Below are positions 21,102 through 31,710 of a stretch of 64,000 bases of DNA, piece after piece (position 1 is the stretch's first letter; every line of letters starts with the position of its first letter). The stretch covers positions 576,001 through 640,000 of the forward strand of contig CAXXLL010000003.1 in assembly GCA_963662545.2 (NCBI GenBank), in the 5' to 3' direction. The stretch is from Gammaproteobacteria bacterium. Lineage in GTDB: Bacteria; Pseudomonadota; Gammaproteobacteria; Ga0077536. The notes under the pieces were generated by a model. It was not told the origin of the DNA. It worked only from the letters and a program-made list of their open reading frames with translations, and searched no databases. The translations under genes were made by a program, and so were the position numbers.

Positions 21102-22417
21102 ACCCGCTCGAGCAGCATCGCACCGCCCTGTCCGCCTCCGATACAGATCGCTGCCACGCCGCGTTTGGCCTCGCGTTGCTCGAGGACCTTCAACAGATGC
21201 AAAACGATGCGGGCGCCGCTGCTGCCGATGGGGTGACCCAGCGCCACCGCGCCCCCGTCGACGTTCAGGCGTTCCTGATCGATCTCGCCCATCGCGCCGC
21301 GTTGTCCTAACTCCTCGCGACAGTAGTCGTCGTCGTTGAACGCGCGTAGGCAGGCGAGAACCTGGCCGGCGAACGCTTCATTGATCTCCCAATAATCGAC
21401 CTTGGCCAAGCCCAGGCGCCGGCGCTTCAACATCGGCACCGCCGCGTTGACCGGCCCGAATCCCATTTGACGCGGATCCAGGGCCGCCCATTGTGAATCG
21501 ACCAGGCAGCCGAGGACCGGCAGATCGTATTGCTTGACCGCCGCGGCGCTTGCGAGGACGACCCACGCCGCGCCATCGGTGATCTGCGAGCTGTTGCCGG
21601 GGGTCACGTTGCCGAATTCCCGATCGAAAAAAGGTTTGAGTTTTGCAAGCTTCTCAACCGAGGAATCAGGGCGAACGCCGTCGTCCTGATCGAAGATCTG
21701 TCCCCCATCGTCGATCAAGGGCACGATCTCTCCCAGCCGTCCCTCGGCCTGCGCCGCCGCGAGTCGTAAATGGCTGCGCACTGCATAGGCATCCATTTCT
21801 TCGCGCGAAATCCCATAGCGCCTGCTAATGACCTCAGCGGTCTGGCCCATCGACAATCCGACGACCGGATCCGTCAGGCCCACCAGCAGCGCCACGATCG
21901 GCTTCAGGAAAGCCGGCCGCAATTGCGTCAGTACCTTCACCCGGTCAACCGCCGAGCGGGCAGTCATCCATCGGGCGAGCCACGTCGTCATCGCCGGTCC
22001 CCACAAAATGGGCGCATGGCTCATGGCTTCACTGCCGCCGGCGAGGACGAGCTTGGCGCGTCCGCTCGCAATCGAGCGCGCAGCGCTGTCGATCGCCTGC
22101 ATGCCGGTGGCGCAATTACGCTGCACCGTCCAGGCTGGCACACGATCGCCGCAACCGAGGCGCAGGGCAACGACGCGCGCGATATTGGCTTCCTCCGGCC
22201 CCGGCATAATGCAGCCAAGGATGACTTCGTCGAGTTCGGGCGGCTCAAATGACTGGCGCGCCAGGAGCGCGCGGCCGGCGTGGACGGCGAGATCGGATGG
22301 CCGAAACGGTCCAGGCCCCGTACGCGCTTTCAGAAATGGCGTGCGTGCGCCGTCAACGACAAATACCTTTTGGGCCTGGTTAGTATCGGACGCTTTGCGG
22401 CTTCTACTCGTTGCCAT
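21098..22417 (-). CDS. Acetyl-CoA C-acyltransferase (thiolase, FadI-like)
   Basis: RNCATG, NEAFA, GHPIGSSG and CIGGGQG motifs. Confidence 0.93.
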   Translation of the reverse strand: MATSRSRKASDTNQAQKVFVVDGARTPFLKARTGPGPFRPSDLAVHAGRALLARQSFEPPELDEVILGCIMPGPEEANIARVVALRLGCGDRVPAWTVQRNCATGMQAIDSAARSIASGRAKLVLAGGSEAMSHAPILWGPAMTTWLARWMTARSAVDRVKVLTQLRPAFLKPIVALLVGLTDPVVGLSMGQTAEVISRRYGISREEMDAYAVRSHLRLAAAQAEGRLGEIVPLIDDGGQIFDQDDGVRPDSSVEKLAKLKPFFDREFGNVTPGNSSQITDGAAWVVLASAAAVKQYDLPVLGCLVDSQWAALDPRQMGFGPVNAAVPMLKRRRLGLAKVDYWEINEAFAGQVLACLRAFNDDDYCREELGQRGAMGEIDQERLNVDGGAVALGHPIGSSGARIVLHLLKVLEQREAKRGVAAICIGGGQGGAMLLERV

Positions 22418-22524
22418 CTGTTTTAACTCCACGCTGCTCCGGGCAGCCGTCGGATGCGATCATTCCACTGGCACGATATTGAGTGTGAACCGCACTGGGA
22501 TCTATCTTCTTCTTTTTCCATTCA

Positions 22525-23928
22525 CTATTCCTGCGCCTCGCGCAGCCGCGGATCGAAAGCGTCTCTTACCGCATCAGCGAATACGTTAGCGGCGAGCACG
22601 AGTGTGAACATAAACACGAATGCGGCGAACAGAGACCACCATACCACCGGCTCTCGGGCGAGTTCCAGCCGTGCGCTGTTGATCATATTCCCCCAGCTTT
22701 CCATACTGGGATCGACACCGATGTCGATGTAGGTCAGGGCCGCCTCGGCCAGCACCAGGCCGCTGAAGTCGAGCACGATCGAGATCATCACAATGTGCAT
22801 GATGTTCGGCACGATGTGCCTCGCGATGATGACCGAATGTGGGACCCCAAACGCCCGCGCCGCTTCGATGAAATCGATCTCGCGTAGTTTCAGCGCCTCG
22901 CCTCGCAGGTATCGGCACAGGCCCGTCCATGTTGTGACACCCAGGATCATGCAGAGCGCGAGCAGCTTCAAATCGGCGCGCGCTGCGAGACTCGTGTAGT
23001 CGGCCGCGTGTTTCGCCATGTATACCTCGAGCATCAGTGCGGCGGCCGCGATCAAGAGCACGCCCGGTATCGATGACAGCGTGGTGTATAAGTATTGGAT
23101 CACGTCGTCGACCCAGCCGCGAAAATATCCCGCTGCGATGCCCAGCAAAACGGCGAAGGGCAACATGACCAAAGTCGCCAAAGTACCGATCAAAAGCCCT
23201 GTGCGAATGCTCTTGAGCCCCTGGTAGAGAACATCACTGCCGACTTTGTCGGTGCCGAGGATGTGGTAATACGGTGCGACCGCGGCACAGTAACCGATGG
23301 CGGCGGCAACTACGGCGAACGTTGCGAGAATGACGCGCCACGGTACGGATGTACGCCCCGCGATCACCGCGTCGAGGGTCGCGCGCCAGGACATTCGCGC
23401 ATTCCGCGCGATCGCGGCGATCAAGACCGCGGCCATCGCGAGCCATGCGGCCAGTCCCCCCGCTATGCCGGTGGCGCTGCGGATCGAGATATCCGACGCG
23501 CGCTCTTTTTCAGGATTTGCGAGATGGGCGCCGCCGTAAGCCAGCCGTGGAAAGTCACGCTTGGTGCCGCCGTCAGGGAGTTCGATCACTTCTTTCGCGA
23601 ATGCGTAGGCCGCGAATGGGGCGGAATACGTCTTCTCGACGTTGACTTTGAGCGGTTTGACCACGATATCGAATACGCTCGCTATTTCGGAGCTGTAACG
23701 AACGTCTCCGCCGCCCGATAGCCGGGGATGAAAATGGATCGAATCCAGCGTAGCGACGACGACATAACTTGCCAGTATCACGGCGGCGCCCATGCCGAGC
23801 GGGCGCCGGCATACCCGGCGCCACGGGGCTCTCAGATGTTCGTGCCGGCGCGCATAAAGGGCATAGCCGATCGCGAGGACCACGAGCATGAAAAACAGCG
23901 CGTCCGTTTTGAGCAATACCCAATTCAT
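22525..23928 (-). CDS. ABC transporter permease (DppC-like)
   Basis: LGTDKVGSDV, EAARAFG EAA loop, SWGNMI. Confidence 0.9.
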   Translation of the reverse strand: MNWVLLKTDALFFMLVVLAIGYALYARRHEHLRAPWRRVCRRPLGMGAAVILASYVVVATLDSIHFHPRLSGGGDVRYSSEIASVFDIVVKPLKVNVEKTYSAPFAAYAFAKEVIELPDGGTKRDFPRLAYGGAHLANPEKERASDISIRSATGIAGGLAAWLAMAAVLIAAIARNARMSWRATLDAVIAGRTSVPWRVILATFAVVAAAIGYCAAVAPYYHILGTDKVGSDVLYQGLKSIRTGLLIGTLATLVMLPFAVLLGIAAGYFRGWVDDVIQYLYTTLSSIPGVLLIAAAALMLEVYMAKHAADYTSLAARADLKLLALCMILGVTTWTGLCRYLRGEALKLREIDFIEAARAFGVPHSVIIARHIVPNIMHIVMISIVLDFSGLVLAEAALTYIDIGVDPSMESWGNMINSARLELAREPVVWWSLFAAFVFMFTLVLAANVFADAVRDAFDPRLREAQE

Positions 23929-23940
23929 TGTGGTCGGTGT

Positions 23941-24105
23941 CTAGCGCACCGTCCCGCGATAAACGTTCGTAATTCGCTGGACTTTTTCGTCCCTGACGGC
24001 GTTGTTCGTCCTTGCGTAGAGCCCGCTACGCGGCGTCCTCGCGCCTTGCCAGGAACGAAAAATCCGGTACGACTTAAGCAACTTTTTTAGCCGACGGCAC
24101 ACTAG
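23941..24105. mobile_element. MITE-like element bounded by CTAG
   Basis: Ends CTAGCGCACCGTC / GACGGCACACTAG; internal pairing GGACTTTTTCGTCCCTG / CAGGAACGAAAAATCC; apical CGTAG-AGCCCG-CTACG. Confidence 0.65.
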
Positions 24106-25079
24106 TTCAACCGCACCCGCGGATCGACCAGCGTGTAGGAGATATCGGTCAGGATGAGCCCCACGATATAGAGCACCGAGCCCAGGAACACCATCGAGCG
24201 CACGATGGCGAAATCCTGACGCTGGATCGCTTCAATCGTGTAACTGCCCAGGCCGGGAATTCCGAAAAAAGCCTCCGTGATCAGGCTGCCGAGAAAAAGC
24301 GTGGGCAGGACGACGACGACGCCGGTCAGGATCGGGATGAGTGCGTTGCGCAGTACGTGGCCGTATAGCACAAGCCTTTCCGAAAGACCCTTGGACCGGG
24401 CGGTACGCACATAATCCCGGTTGATCTCTTCGAGAAAAATCGTGCGGTACCAGCGCGTCCCATGACCCAACCCACCGATGATCATGACCACGACCGGAAG
24501 AATGAGGAACTTAGTGGCGTAAATTCCGCCGTCGAAGCCCGATATCGGTACGACGCGCAGCAGCTTGCCGATCAGAAACTGACCGCCGATGATGTAGAAC
24601 AGACCGGAAATAGACATCATCGCGACGCACAGCACCACCGCCCAGGTATCGATATATGTACCGCGGAAAAACGCGATCATGAGGGCGAAGCTGATGGTGA
24701 GTATCAAGCCCATGATGAAAACCGGCAAGGTGATGGCGAGGCTCGGCCACATGCGTTGCGAAATGTCGTATCCAATGTCGCGCCCGCTGTCCGACTGCCC
24801 GAATTCAAAGAGAAATAGCTTCACCGTATTAGAGTAGAAAATGGTGTCTGTCGCGCGCGCGCTGCCGGTACGTTCGGCATTCCACAACAGTGGCTTGTCG
24901 TACCCGCGTTCGGATTTCCATTTCTCGATCGCCTCGGTAGTCACGTGCTTGTGGCCAAGATGAAGCCGCGCCATGTCCTCCGGCGAATTAATCACGAAAA
25001 ACAAAATGAACGTAATGATATTCACGCCGATCAGAATCGGCACGGCGTAGGCGATCCGGCGGATGATATAGGCAATCAT
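24102..25079 (-). CDS. ABC transporter permease (DppB-like)
   Basis: MIAYIIRR start, DYVRTARSKGL, HVLRNAL and FGIPGLG motifs. Confidence 0.92.
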   Translation of the reverse strand: MIAYIIRRIAYAVPILIGVNIITFILFFVINSPEDMARLHLGHKHVTTEAIEKWKSERGYDKPLLWNAERTGSARATDTIFYSNTVKLFLFEFGQSDSGRDIGYDISQRMWPSLAITLPVFIMGLILTISFALMIAFFRGTYIDTWAVVLCVAMMSISGLFYIIGGQFLIGKLLRVVPISGFDGGIYATKFLILPVVVMIIGGLGHGTRWYRTIFLEEINRDYVRTARSKGLSERLVLYGHVLRNALIPILTGVVVVLPTLFLGSLITEAFFGIPGLGSYTIEAIQRQDFAIVRSMVFLGSVLYIVGLILTDISYTLVDPRVRLN

Positions 25080-27241
25080 TGAACGGCTGCTTTCTGTCGT
25101 GCTGTATAAGTGCGATACGCCGGGATTGCGCTGATCACCAGGGCGACAGCCAGCACCACCAGGGGCCACATTACCGGTCGATTCCAGGCGTCGCGCATCT
25201 TCGCTCGAAGTTGCGGATCGATGGTCTTGTACTTGAGCGTATTGCGCGCCATCAGATTCGGCTTCGCGTTGCCATACCATGCGTGGTAAAGCGTGTAAGC
25301 CGTCGGATGGAAACCCCACAACCAGGGGGAATCCCGGCGCACAATTTCAAGCATTTCATCGATCACCGCCTGGCGCTCGGATCCGTCCGCCATCGCCCGC
25401 ATCGTGACGAAAAGCTCATCGAAGCGCTCGTTCTGGTAATTCACGGCGTTCTCGCCCTGCGAGTTCACCTTGGCATTCGGGCCGTAGAGCAGAAACAGAA
25501 AATTCTCGGGATCAGGGTAGTCCGCGTTCCAGCCCCACGCAAAAATCTGTGCCGTACCCTTGCGAACTTTTTCCTGGAAGCGGTTGTAATCGGTCGCGCG
25601 GATGACGAGCTGCACGCCGAGCTTCTCGAATTGCTTGCCGTACCATTTCAGCAACGACTTGCTACCCGGGCCGGCCGAAACGGCCTCGAAATAAAGCGTC
25701 AGGGGCTCCCCCGTCGCCGCATCCAGTCCGTCTACGTAACCCGCCTCTCGCATCAGATCACGCGCCACATCTATTGATTTACGCACCGCCTTGCCACCCC
25801 GCCAATCATAGACGTAGGGATTGATCCCTTCGGCACCGGAAAGGTGGCCGAAGATACCGGAGGGTATAGGGCTCTGGGCAGCGATACCCCTCCCGTTACG
25901 GAAGATCGATATCATTTCCTCGTAGTCGACCGCTATCGCGATCGCCCGCCGCAACAAGCGCGCACGCTCCGAATCTCCGCCGACCACGGGATCGGTCATG
26001 TTGAATCCCATGTAGGCAATCGAGGCCGTCACCGCGGTCGCCAGACTAATACCCTTCCCAAGCATGCTCTCCGTCAATTGCGCTTCGCCCTCGACACTGA
26101 ACTGGATTGCCTGATCAAAGCTGTCGGAGATAATGCCGGAATTATCGTAATACCCCTGTAAAAACTTGGTCCATTCGGGTATCGCCTCTTTCTCCAGACT
26201 GTAATAGGCCGAATCAATGAACGGCATGATTTTGCCGGCCTGGCTCAGCAGGTCGTCGGCGGCGTCGCCGGGCTCGCCGGTGGTCGGGAAGGGTTCACCC
26301 CGAAAGTTTGGATTGCGCTCGAGGATCATGCGGCGATTGGGATTGTTTTCAGTCAACATGTAAGGGCCCGTACCTACGGGGTACCAGTCGAGCGTGATAT
26401 TGCGTTCCTTCATGCCGGGCTGACTGTAGAACCGGTCCGCTTCCCATGGCACCGGCGCGAAAAACGGCATCGCAAGCCAGTACCGAAACTGGGGATATTT
26501 TTCCTTGATGCGAATCTCGTAGGTATACCGATCGACTACGCGTACACCGGCGAAATCATAGTCGCGCAGATCAATAAAACCGGCGTTGTCCGCCTGCTCC
26601 TCGCGCAGCCGTTGGCCAAGGCCACTGAGTCCCTTTATGTACTTACCCATGATGCCGGCCACCGGTGAATGGATTCGCGGATGCGCGAGGCGCTTGATCT
26701 GGTAGACGTAATCGGCGGCGATGAGCTCTCGTGTACCGGTATGTTCGAAATCCGCCAAGGTGGCGCGGTCATCGAGGTCGGGCCGCGACAAATCGTGGTA
26801 GATGAAACGACCGGCATCGTCGCGCGCAAATGCCGGATGCGGCTGATACAAGATTCCAGGCTTGATTTCAATGCGGTATACCGCTTCAGAAACTTCGTCA
26901 GATGCAGCGTTTGCTTCCAGCGCCTTGCCGTCGCGATTGAAATACCGGGCTTCGGGCAGTGCCGTTGCCGTCAGGGGAATCAGTTTGTACGGCCGCTCGA
27001 GAAAATGGTATTGCACCACCGGCTCATAAATTTGTGCATTAAATCGTGCTTCGCTTTCGCTGTACGAGGAAACGGGATCGAGATGTTTGGGACGCTCTTT
27101 GAACGACGAGTACAAAATGGTCTTGTTACGTTCATCCCCTCGATAGGGATTATTCCATGCCGTATCGCTGCAACCCGCGAGACTGACCGTGGCGAGTGCC
27201 AGTAGGATCGAGTAGAGCGGTGCTGACGACAAGAGTTGCAA
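25076..27241 (-). CDS. ABC transporter substrate-binding lipoprotein (family 5)
   Basis: LAGC lipobox, PKHLDP, PVGTGPY and WNADYPDPENFL motifs, C-terminal TM anchor; start uncertain. Confidence 0.88.
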   Translation of the reverse strand: MQLLSSAPLYSILLALATVSLAGCSDTAWNNPYRGDERNKTILYSSFKERPKHLDPVSSYSESEARFNAQIYEPVVQYHFLERPYKLIPLTATALPEARYFNRDGKALEANAASDEVSEAVYRIEIKPGILYQPHPAFARDDAGRFIYHDLSRPDLDDRATLADFEHTGTRELIAADYVYQIKRLAHPRIHSPVAGIMGKYIKGLSGLGQRLREEQADNAGFIDLRDYDFAGVRVVDRYTYEIRIKEKYPQFRYWLAMPFFAPVPWEADRFYSQPGMKERNITLDWYPVGTGPYMLTENNPNRRMILERNPNFRGEPFPTTGEPGDAADDLLSQAGKIMPFIDSAYYSLEKEAIPEWTKFLQGYYDNSGIISDSFDQAIQFSVEGEAQLTESMLGKGISLATAVTASIAYMGFNMTDPVVGGDSERARLLRRAIAIAVDYEEMISIFRNGRGIAAQSPIPSGIFGHLSGAEGINPYVYDWRGGKAVRKSIDVARDLMREAGYVDGLDAATGEPLTLYFEAVSAGPGSKSLLKWYGKQFEKLGVQLVIRATDYNRFQEKVRKGTAQIFAWGWNADYPDPENFLFLLYGPNAKVNSQGENAVNYQNERFDELFVTMRAMADGSERQAVIDEMLEIVRRDSPWLWGFHPTAYTLYHAWYGNAKPNLMARNTLKYKTIDPQLRAKMRDAWNRPVMWPLVVLAVALVISAIPAYRTYTARQKAAVQ

Positions 27242-27352
27242 GCTCGGGGAGTGTCCGGATAACGGATCAGGATTATAAACTCCACCTGGACGCTGTACAC
27301 TCTTGACTGCAGCATTGAACTTCGGCGGAGCACGAAAAAAGGTAACCATGTG

Positions 27353-28135
27353 ATGGGGATTCTAGAAGGCAAGCGCGCACTAATCGTTGGAGTCGCCAGT
27401 AATAAGTCCATAGCCTGGGGCGTTGCAAAAGCCATGCATCGCGAAGGCGCCGAACTCGCCTTCACCTATCAGGGTGAGCGCCTGCGTTCACGCGTGGAGG
27501 ATTTCGCCGCCGAATGTGGATCCGAAATCACCGTACCGTGTGACGTCGCCAGCGACGAAGAGATTCAGAACGTGTTCGATCACCTGGATAATTACTGGGA
27601 ACACGTCGATATCATGGTTCACTCCATCGCCTACGCTCCCAGGGAGGAACTTCGGGGCGAATACTTGGACAGCGTCACCCGCGATGGGTTTCGTGTCGCG
27701 CATGAGATCAGCTCGTTCAGCTTTGCTGCACTAGGCAACGCCGCTCGGCCGCTCATGCAAGGGGTAAACGGCGCCATGCTGACTTTGAGCTATCTCGGGG
27801 CGGTCCGCACCATGCCGAGCTACAACGTCATGGGACCGGCCAAGGCAAGTCTTGAAGCAAACGTACGCTACATGGCCGAGAGCCTCGGCCCCGAGGGGAT
27901 CAGGGTCAACGCGATATCTGCCGGCCCAATCCGTACCTTGGCTTCGTCGGGCGTCAAGGATCTGCGCAAATTTCTGGGTTACGTCGAGCAGACAGCACCG
28001 CTCAGGCGCAATGTCACCATCGACGAAGTGGGTAACGTCGCCGCCTTTCTGTGCTCGGATATGGCCTCGGCGGTGACGGGTGAAATCACTTACGTCGATT
28101 GCGGCTTCAATATCATGGGCATGGCCGGCATCTAA
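27353..28135 (+). CDS. fabI: Enoyl-ACP reductase FabI
   Basis: [23 protein letters not shown] and AGPIRTLA motifs. Confidence 0.96.
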   Translation: MGILEGKRALIVGVASNKSIAWGVAKAMHREGAELAFTYQGERLRSRVEDFAAECGSEITVPCDVASDEEIQNVFDHLDNYWEHVDIMVHSIAYAPREELRGEYLDSVTRDGFRVAHEISSFSFAALGNAARPLMQGVNGAMLTLSYLGAVRTMPSYNVMGPAKASLEANVRYMAESLGPEGIRVNAISAGPIRTLASSGVKDLRKFLGYVEQTAPLRRNVTIDEVGNVAAFLCSDMASAVTGEITYVDCGFNIMGMAGI

Positions 28136-28145
28136 GACGCCGGCC

Positions 28146-29366
28146 ATGCCCATGAATTCCAGCCATTCCGGATATCTGCTGTGGGCGATTCTTGCCGGAG
28201 TCGTACTTGGCATTATCTGCGGCGCCTGGTTCGGGCCCGCCATGCTCGGGGTCGAATGGCTGGGTACGTTGTTTCTCAATGCGCTGAAGATGATGATCAT
28301 CCCTTTGATCATTGCCGCCGTGGTGACCGGCGTCGCTTCCCTTGGCGACGTCCGCAAGCTGGGCCGCGTGGGCGGATTTACCGTTCTTTATTACGCTTCG
28401 ACGACGGCTGTCGCGGTAATCCTGGGCCTCATCATCGTCAATATCATTCAGCCAGGTACTGGCGCCGCCAATTTGAGCACCGAGGTACCCGCAACGGTCG
28501 CCGCACGGGAAACGACCGGTATAGCGGATATCGTACTGTCAATGGTCGCGCCCAATCTCGTGGCCGCGGCGGCGGAGACCCAGTTGCTGCCGCTGATCGT
28601 TTTTTCTCTCGTTTTTGCGGCCGCCCTGACCACGATCGGGGAGCGCGGTAAAACGCTGCTCGCCTTTTTCGAGGGATTGAACGAAACGATGATGAAACTC
28701 GTCGTGTGGATCATGTATTTCGCTCCCGTCGGCATTTTCGCGCTCGTCGCCTCTCGGCTCGGCCAGGCGGGCGGCGGGGAAGCGTTCATTAAGGAGATCT
28801 CCGCCGTAGGCTTATACGTCGCCACGGTTCTCATTGGACTCACCTTCCATTTTGTCTTGCTTTTCGTCGTTTTGCGCATCTTCGCCGGCGGCGGTCTCGA
28901 ATTTTTACGCGCGATGCTGAGAGCGCTATTGACTGCTTTCGGCACGGCAAGTTCCTCGGCGACACTGCCGCTGACCATGGAGTGCGCCAAAGAGGCGGGT
29001 GCCGATGAGCGCGCCGTACGTTTCGTTCTGCCACTCGGAGCGACGATCAATATGGACGGGACCGCGCTTTACGAAGCCGTAGCGGTCATGTTTATTGCGC
29101 AGGCCTACGGCTTCGACATGGGCGTTACCGAGCAGATCGTCATTTTCCTCACGGCGACCCTGGCGGCGATTGGCGCAGCGGGGATCCCACAAGCGGGCCT
29201 GGTGACGATGATCATCGTTCTGACGGCGGTCAATCTACCGCTAGAAGGCATCGGCCTGCTGCTGGCCGTCGACTGGTTCCTGGATCGGTTCCGTACGGCT
29301 GTGAACGTTTGGGGGGACAGCGTGGGTTCGGCCGTCATCAGCAGGTTGATTCGAACGGAGACGTAG
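28146..29366 (+). CDS. Dicarboxylate/amino acid:cation symporter (DAACS)
   Basis: TASSSATLP, GATINMDGT and DRFRTAVNV motifs. Confidence 0.93.
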   Translation: MPMNSSHSGYLLWAILAGVVLGIICGAWFGPAMLGVEWLGTLFLNALKMMIIPLIIAAVVTGVASLGDVRKLGRVGGFTVLYYASTTAVAVILGLIIVNIIQPGTGAANLSTEVPATVAARETTGIADIVLSMVAPNLVAAAAETQLLPLIVFSLVFAAALTTIGERGKTLLAFFEGLNETMMKLVVWIMYFAPVGIFALVASRLGQAGGGEAFIKEISAVGLYVATVLIGLTFHFVLLFVVLRIFAGGGLEFLRAMLRALLTAFGTASSSATLPLTMECAKEAGADERAVRFVLPLGATINMDGTALYEAVAVMFIAQAYGFDMGVTEQIVIFLTATLAAIGAAGIPQAGLVTMIIVLTAVNLPLEGIGLLLAVDWFLDRFRTAVNVWGDSVGSAVISRLIRTET

Positions 29367-29492
29367 AAAAGGGATTTGCCCGCTTGCGGGCGAACGGACG
29401 GCGTCCGCACTACGTCAAGCTGGCTGGAGCGAGTACGCCCCGTCACAGCGAGCCGATCAGCGCCCGCAGCAGGAGGGTGGTGAGAAATGCGG

Positions 29493-31397
29493 CTAAAGAT
29501 TATCGGGAAAGATCTCGATGTCGCTTGAAGCCCGCAGAGACTCCAGAAACTCCTGCCAGATCGCGTTCGTGCGCGCGCTGATCAGTTCTTGTTTAACGTC
29601 GGCAATGTCGAGCCCGTCGAGTTCGTCGACGTTCGGCGTGACCACATTTGCGATGCGGATCACGGCATAGTCGCCGCGGCCGATAGGAGTTCCAATGAAT
29701 ACCGGCTCGCCTCCGGGCACTTCCGTAGCGAACGCAGCGCGCAGCACGGCGCGGTTAACGTCGCTCGAATTCCGCATCGCGGCCTCCGTATGCTCCCAGC
29801 CGAATCCGGGACTCTGCACCACGTCCGCCACGGTCTCGCCGCCACTCAGGCGCGTGATCATGTCCTTACCGGCGGCTTCCGCACGCCCGCGCATGCGCTC
29901 GTCCTCCAACGCCGCAGTCACGTCCTCTTTGATTTCGGCGAGCGGCGGTATGACGGACGGCATGTGTTCGACCAGCCGAATCGCCACGACGCGGCCGTCG
30001 TCCAGTTCGACCGGTAGGCTGTTCAAGCCCTCCAGCAGCACCTCCGGTTCAAAGGCAACTGCCGCTAGCCGCCCCGCAAAACTAATCGCGATCTCCGATT
30101 GGCTCAGCGCATCGGTCCGCTGGACCACCAGTGACAGGGCCTCGGCCGCGACTTCCAGGCTGTCGGGATGCTCGTAAACCAGATCCGAAAACTGTTCCGC
30201 CTGGTCGATGAACAGCGTTTGAGCTTGATGGCTACGGTAAGCCTCTTCGACCTCTTCTGCGATCTCACCGAACGGCTGCAACCCGCCCGGCTTAATCTCC
30301 TTGAGCTTCATGACGTGGTAACCGAATTTAGTACGTATCGGTTCACTGATGTCGCCGACCTCGAGCAAGAACGCGGCCTCTTCGAACTGGGGTGCCATAA
30401 CCCCGCGCGGAAAAAGGCCGGTTTCGCCGCCTTCGGTTTTGGACCCTGTGTCGTCGGATATTTCCTGCGCCAGTTCCTCGAAGGATTCACCGGCTTCCGC
30501 GCGTTCGCGTGCCACTTCAATCTTTATTCGCGCGGCCAGATCCGCGTCCACGTCAGCGCTTTGCGGAACCTGAATGAGAATATGGTTGACGTTTCGGTGC
30601 TCGACTTCCGTGTAATCGGCCTCGTTTTGTTCGTAATAGGCACGTAGAAGCTTATCGGATACGGCCACCTCACTGATGAGCGCGGCCGGAGAAATTTCCA
30701 GATATTCGAACACCGCTTTTTCAAGGGTACGGTACTGCTCGCGGTGTTTATCGAAATACGCTTCGATTTCGTCTTCGCTCAAGCTTATCTCGTCTTCGAA
30801 TCCCGTCGCGGGAATGATCGCATACCCGATATCGCGCTTTTGCTTTCGCAGCATTTCAACTTGCTGTGCTTCTTCGGTGGTTACGAACTCCGACGCCGCG
30901 AGACCTGCTCGTAGCTGCGCTGCTTCCAAATCGCGACGCATTTTTTCTTCGAAGGCGAGTTCGTCGAATCCGAGTATCGGTAGGCGCTGTTGGTACAGGC
31001 GTTTCGAAAATCCATTCTCATCCTGGAAAGTTGGAATTTTTTGAATCTGGCGAGCAACCTGCGCATCACTGATTCGAATTCGCGAATCTGCAATTAGCTG
31101 ATCGACGAGCAGGCCGTTGACCAATTCGTCCAAGGCACGTTGCTTAACGACGTCGCTGCCCCAATCGGCGGAATCAAAAGAGTCTCCTAGCAGCGACTGC
31201 GCTTGCCTTCGGAGGCGCTGCAGTGAATTTTGAAACTCCCGCAAGTCAATTTCTTCGCCACCTACCTCAGCCACTATGACGCGCGCGCTCGAGTTGATGT
31301 ATTCCTGCACGCCGAATAGTGCAAACGTCAGCGAGATCAGTAAAACGATGAAACCGACGATAAGCCCCTGCGATCGATCACGAATGGCTTGCAACAT
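29493..31397 (-). CDS. ppiD: Peptidylprolyl isomerase PpiD (SurA N-domain + parvulin)
   Basis: N-terminal TM, HILI..., SFEELAQEISDD and GYHVMK motifs; conserved position after hupB and tRNAs. Confidence 0.9.
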   Translation of the reverse strand: MLQAIRDRSQGLIVGFIVLLISLTFALFGVQEYINSSARVIVAEVGGEEIDLREFQNSLQRLRRQAQSLLGDSFDSADWGSDVVKQRALDELVNGLLVDQLIADSRIRISDAQVARQIQKIPTFQDENGFSKRLYQQRLPILGFDELAFEEKMRRDLEAAQLRAGLAASEFVTTEEAQQVEMLRKQKRDIGYAIIPATGFEDEISLSEDEIEAYFDKHREQYRTLEKAVFEYLEISPAALISEVAVSDKLLRAYYEQNEADYTEVEHRNVNHILIQVPQSADVDADLAARIKIEVARERAEAGESFEELAQEISDDTGSKTEGGETGLFPRGVMAPQFEEAAFLLEVGDISEPIRTKFGYHVMKLKEIKPGGLQPFGEIAEEVEEAYRSHQAQTLFIDQAEQFSDLVYEHPDSLEVAAEALSLVVQRTDALSQSEIAISFAGRLAAVAFEPEVLLEGLNSLPVELDDGRVVAIRLVEHMPSVIPPLAEIKEDVTAALEDERMRGRAEAAGKDMITRLSGGETVADVVQSPGFGWEHTEAAMRNSSDVNRAVLRAAFATEVPGGEPVFIGTPIGRGDYAVIRIANVVTPNVDELDGLDIADVKQELISARTNAIWQEFLESLRASSDIEIFPDNL

Positions 31398-31464
31398 AAG
31401 AAACGACTCCCAGGATGCTTCGCAGTATAGTTTCTCGATCAGTCGCGGCGCTTGCCCCGACAGC

Positions 31465-31496
31465 AAAAAGGGCGCACCGCACGGTGCGCCCTTGTT
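31465..31496 (-). terminator. Rho-independent terminator after tRNA-Asp
   Basis: AAGGGCGCACCG-CA-CGGTGCGCCCTT hairpin followed by a T run on the minus strand. Confidence 0.8.
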
Positions 31497-31516
31497 CGTT
31501 CATTTCTCATTGAATC

Positions 31517-31593
31517 TGGCGGAGTGGACGGGACTCGAACCCGCGACCCCCGGCGTGACAGGCCGGTATTCTAACCAACTGAACTACCACTCC
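31517..31593 (-). tRNA. tRNA-Asp (GTC)
   Basis: GGAGTGGTAGTTCAGTTGGTTAGAATACCGGCCTGTCACGCCGG...TTCGAG...CCA cloverleaf. Confidence 0.97.
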
Positions 31594-31605
31594 TGTGGTC
31601 ACCGC

Positions 31606-31681
31606 TGGTGGGTGCTGAGGGGATCGAACCCCCGACCTTCGCCTTGTAAGGGCGACGCTCTCCCAGCTGAGCTAAGCACCC
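31606..31681 (-). tRNA. tRNA-Val (TAC)
   Basis: GGGTGCTTAGCTCAGCTGGGAGAGCGTCGCCCTTACAAGGCGA...TTCGAT...CCA cloverleaf. Confidence 0.97.
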
Positions 31682-31710
31682 TGTACGCGTTACGTGTTTC
31701 GGGAGGCGCG

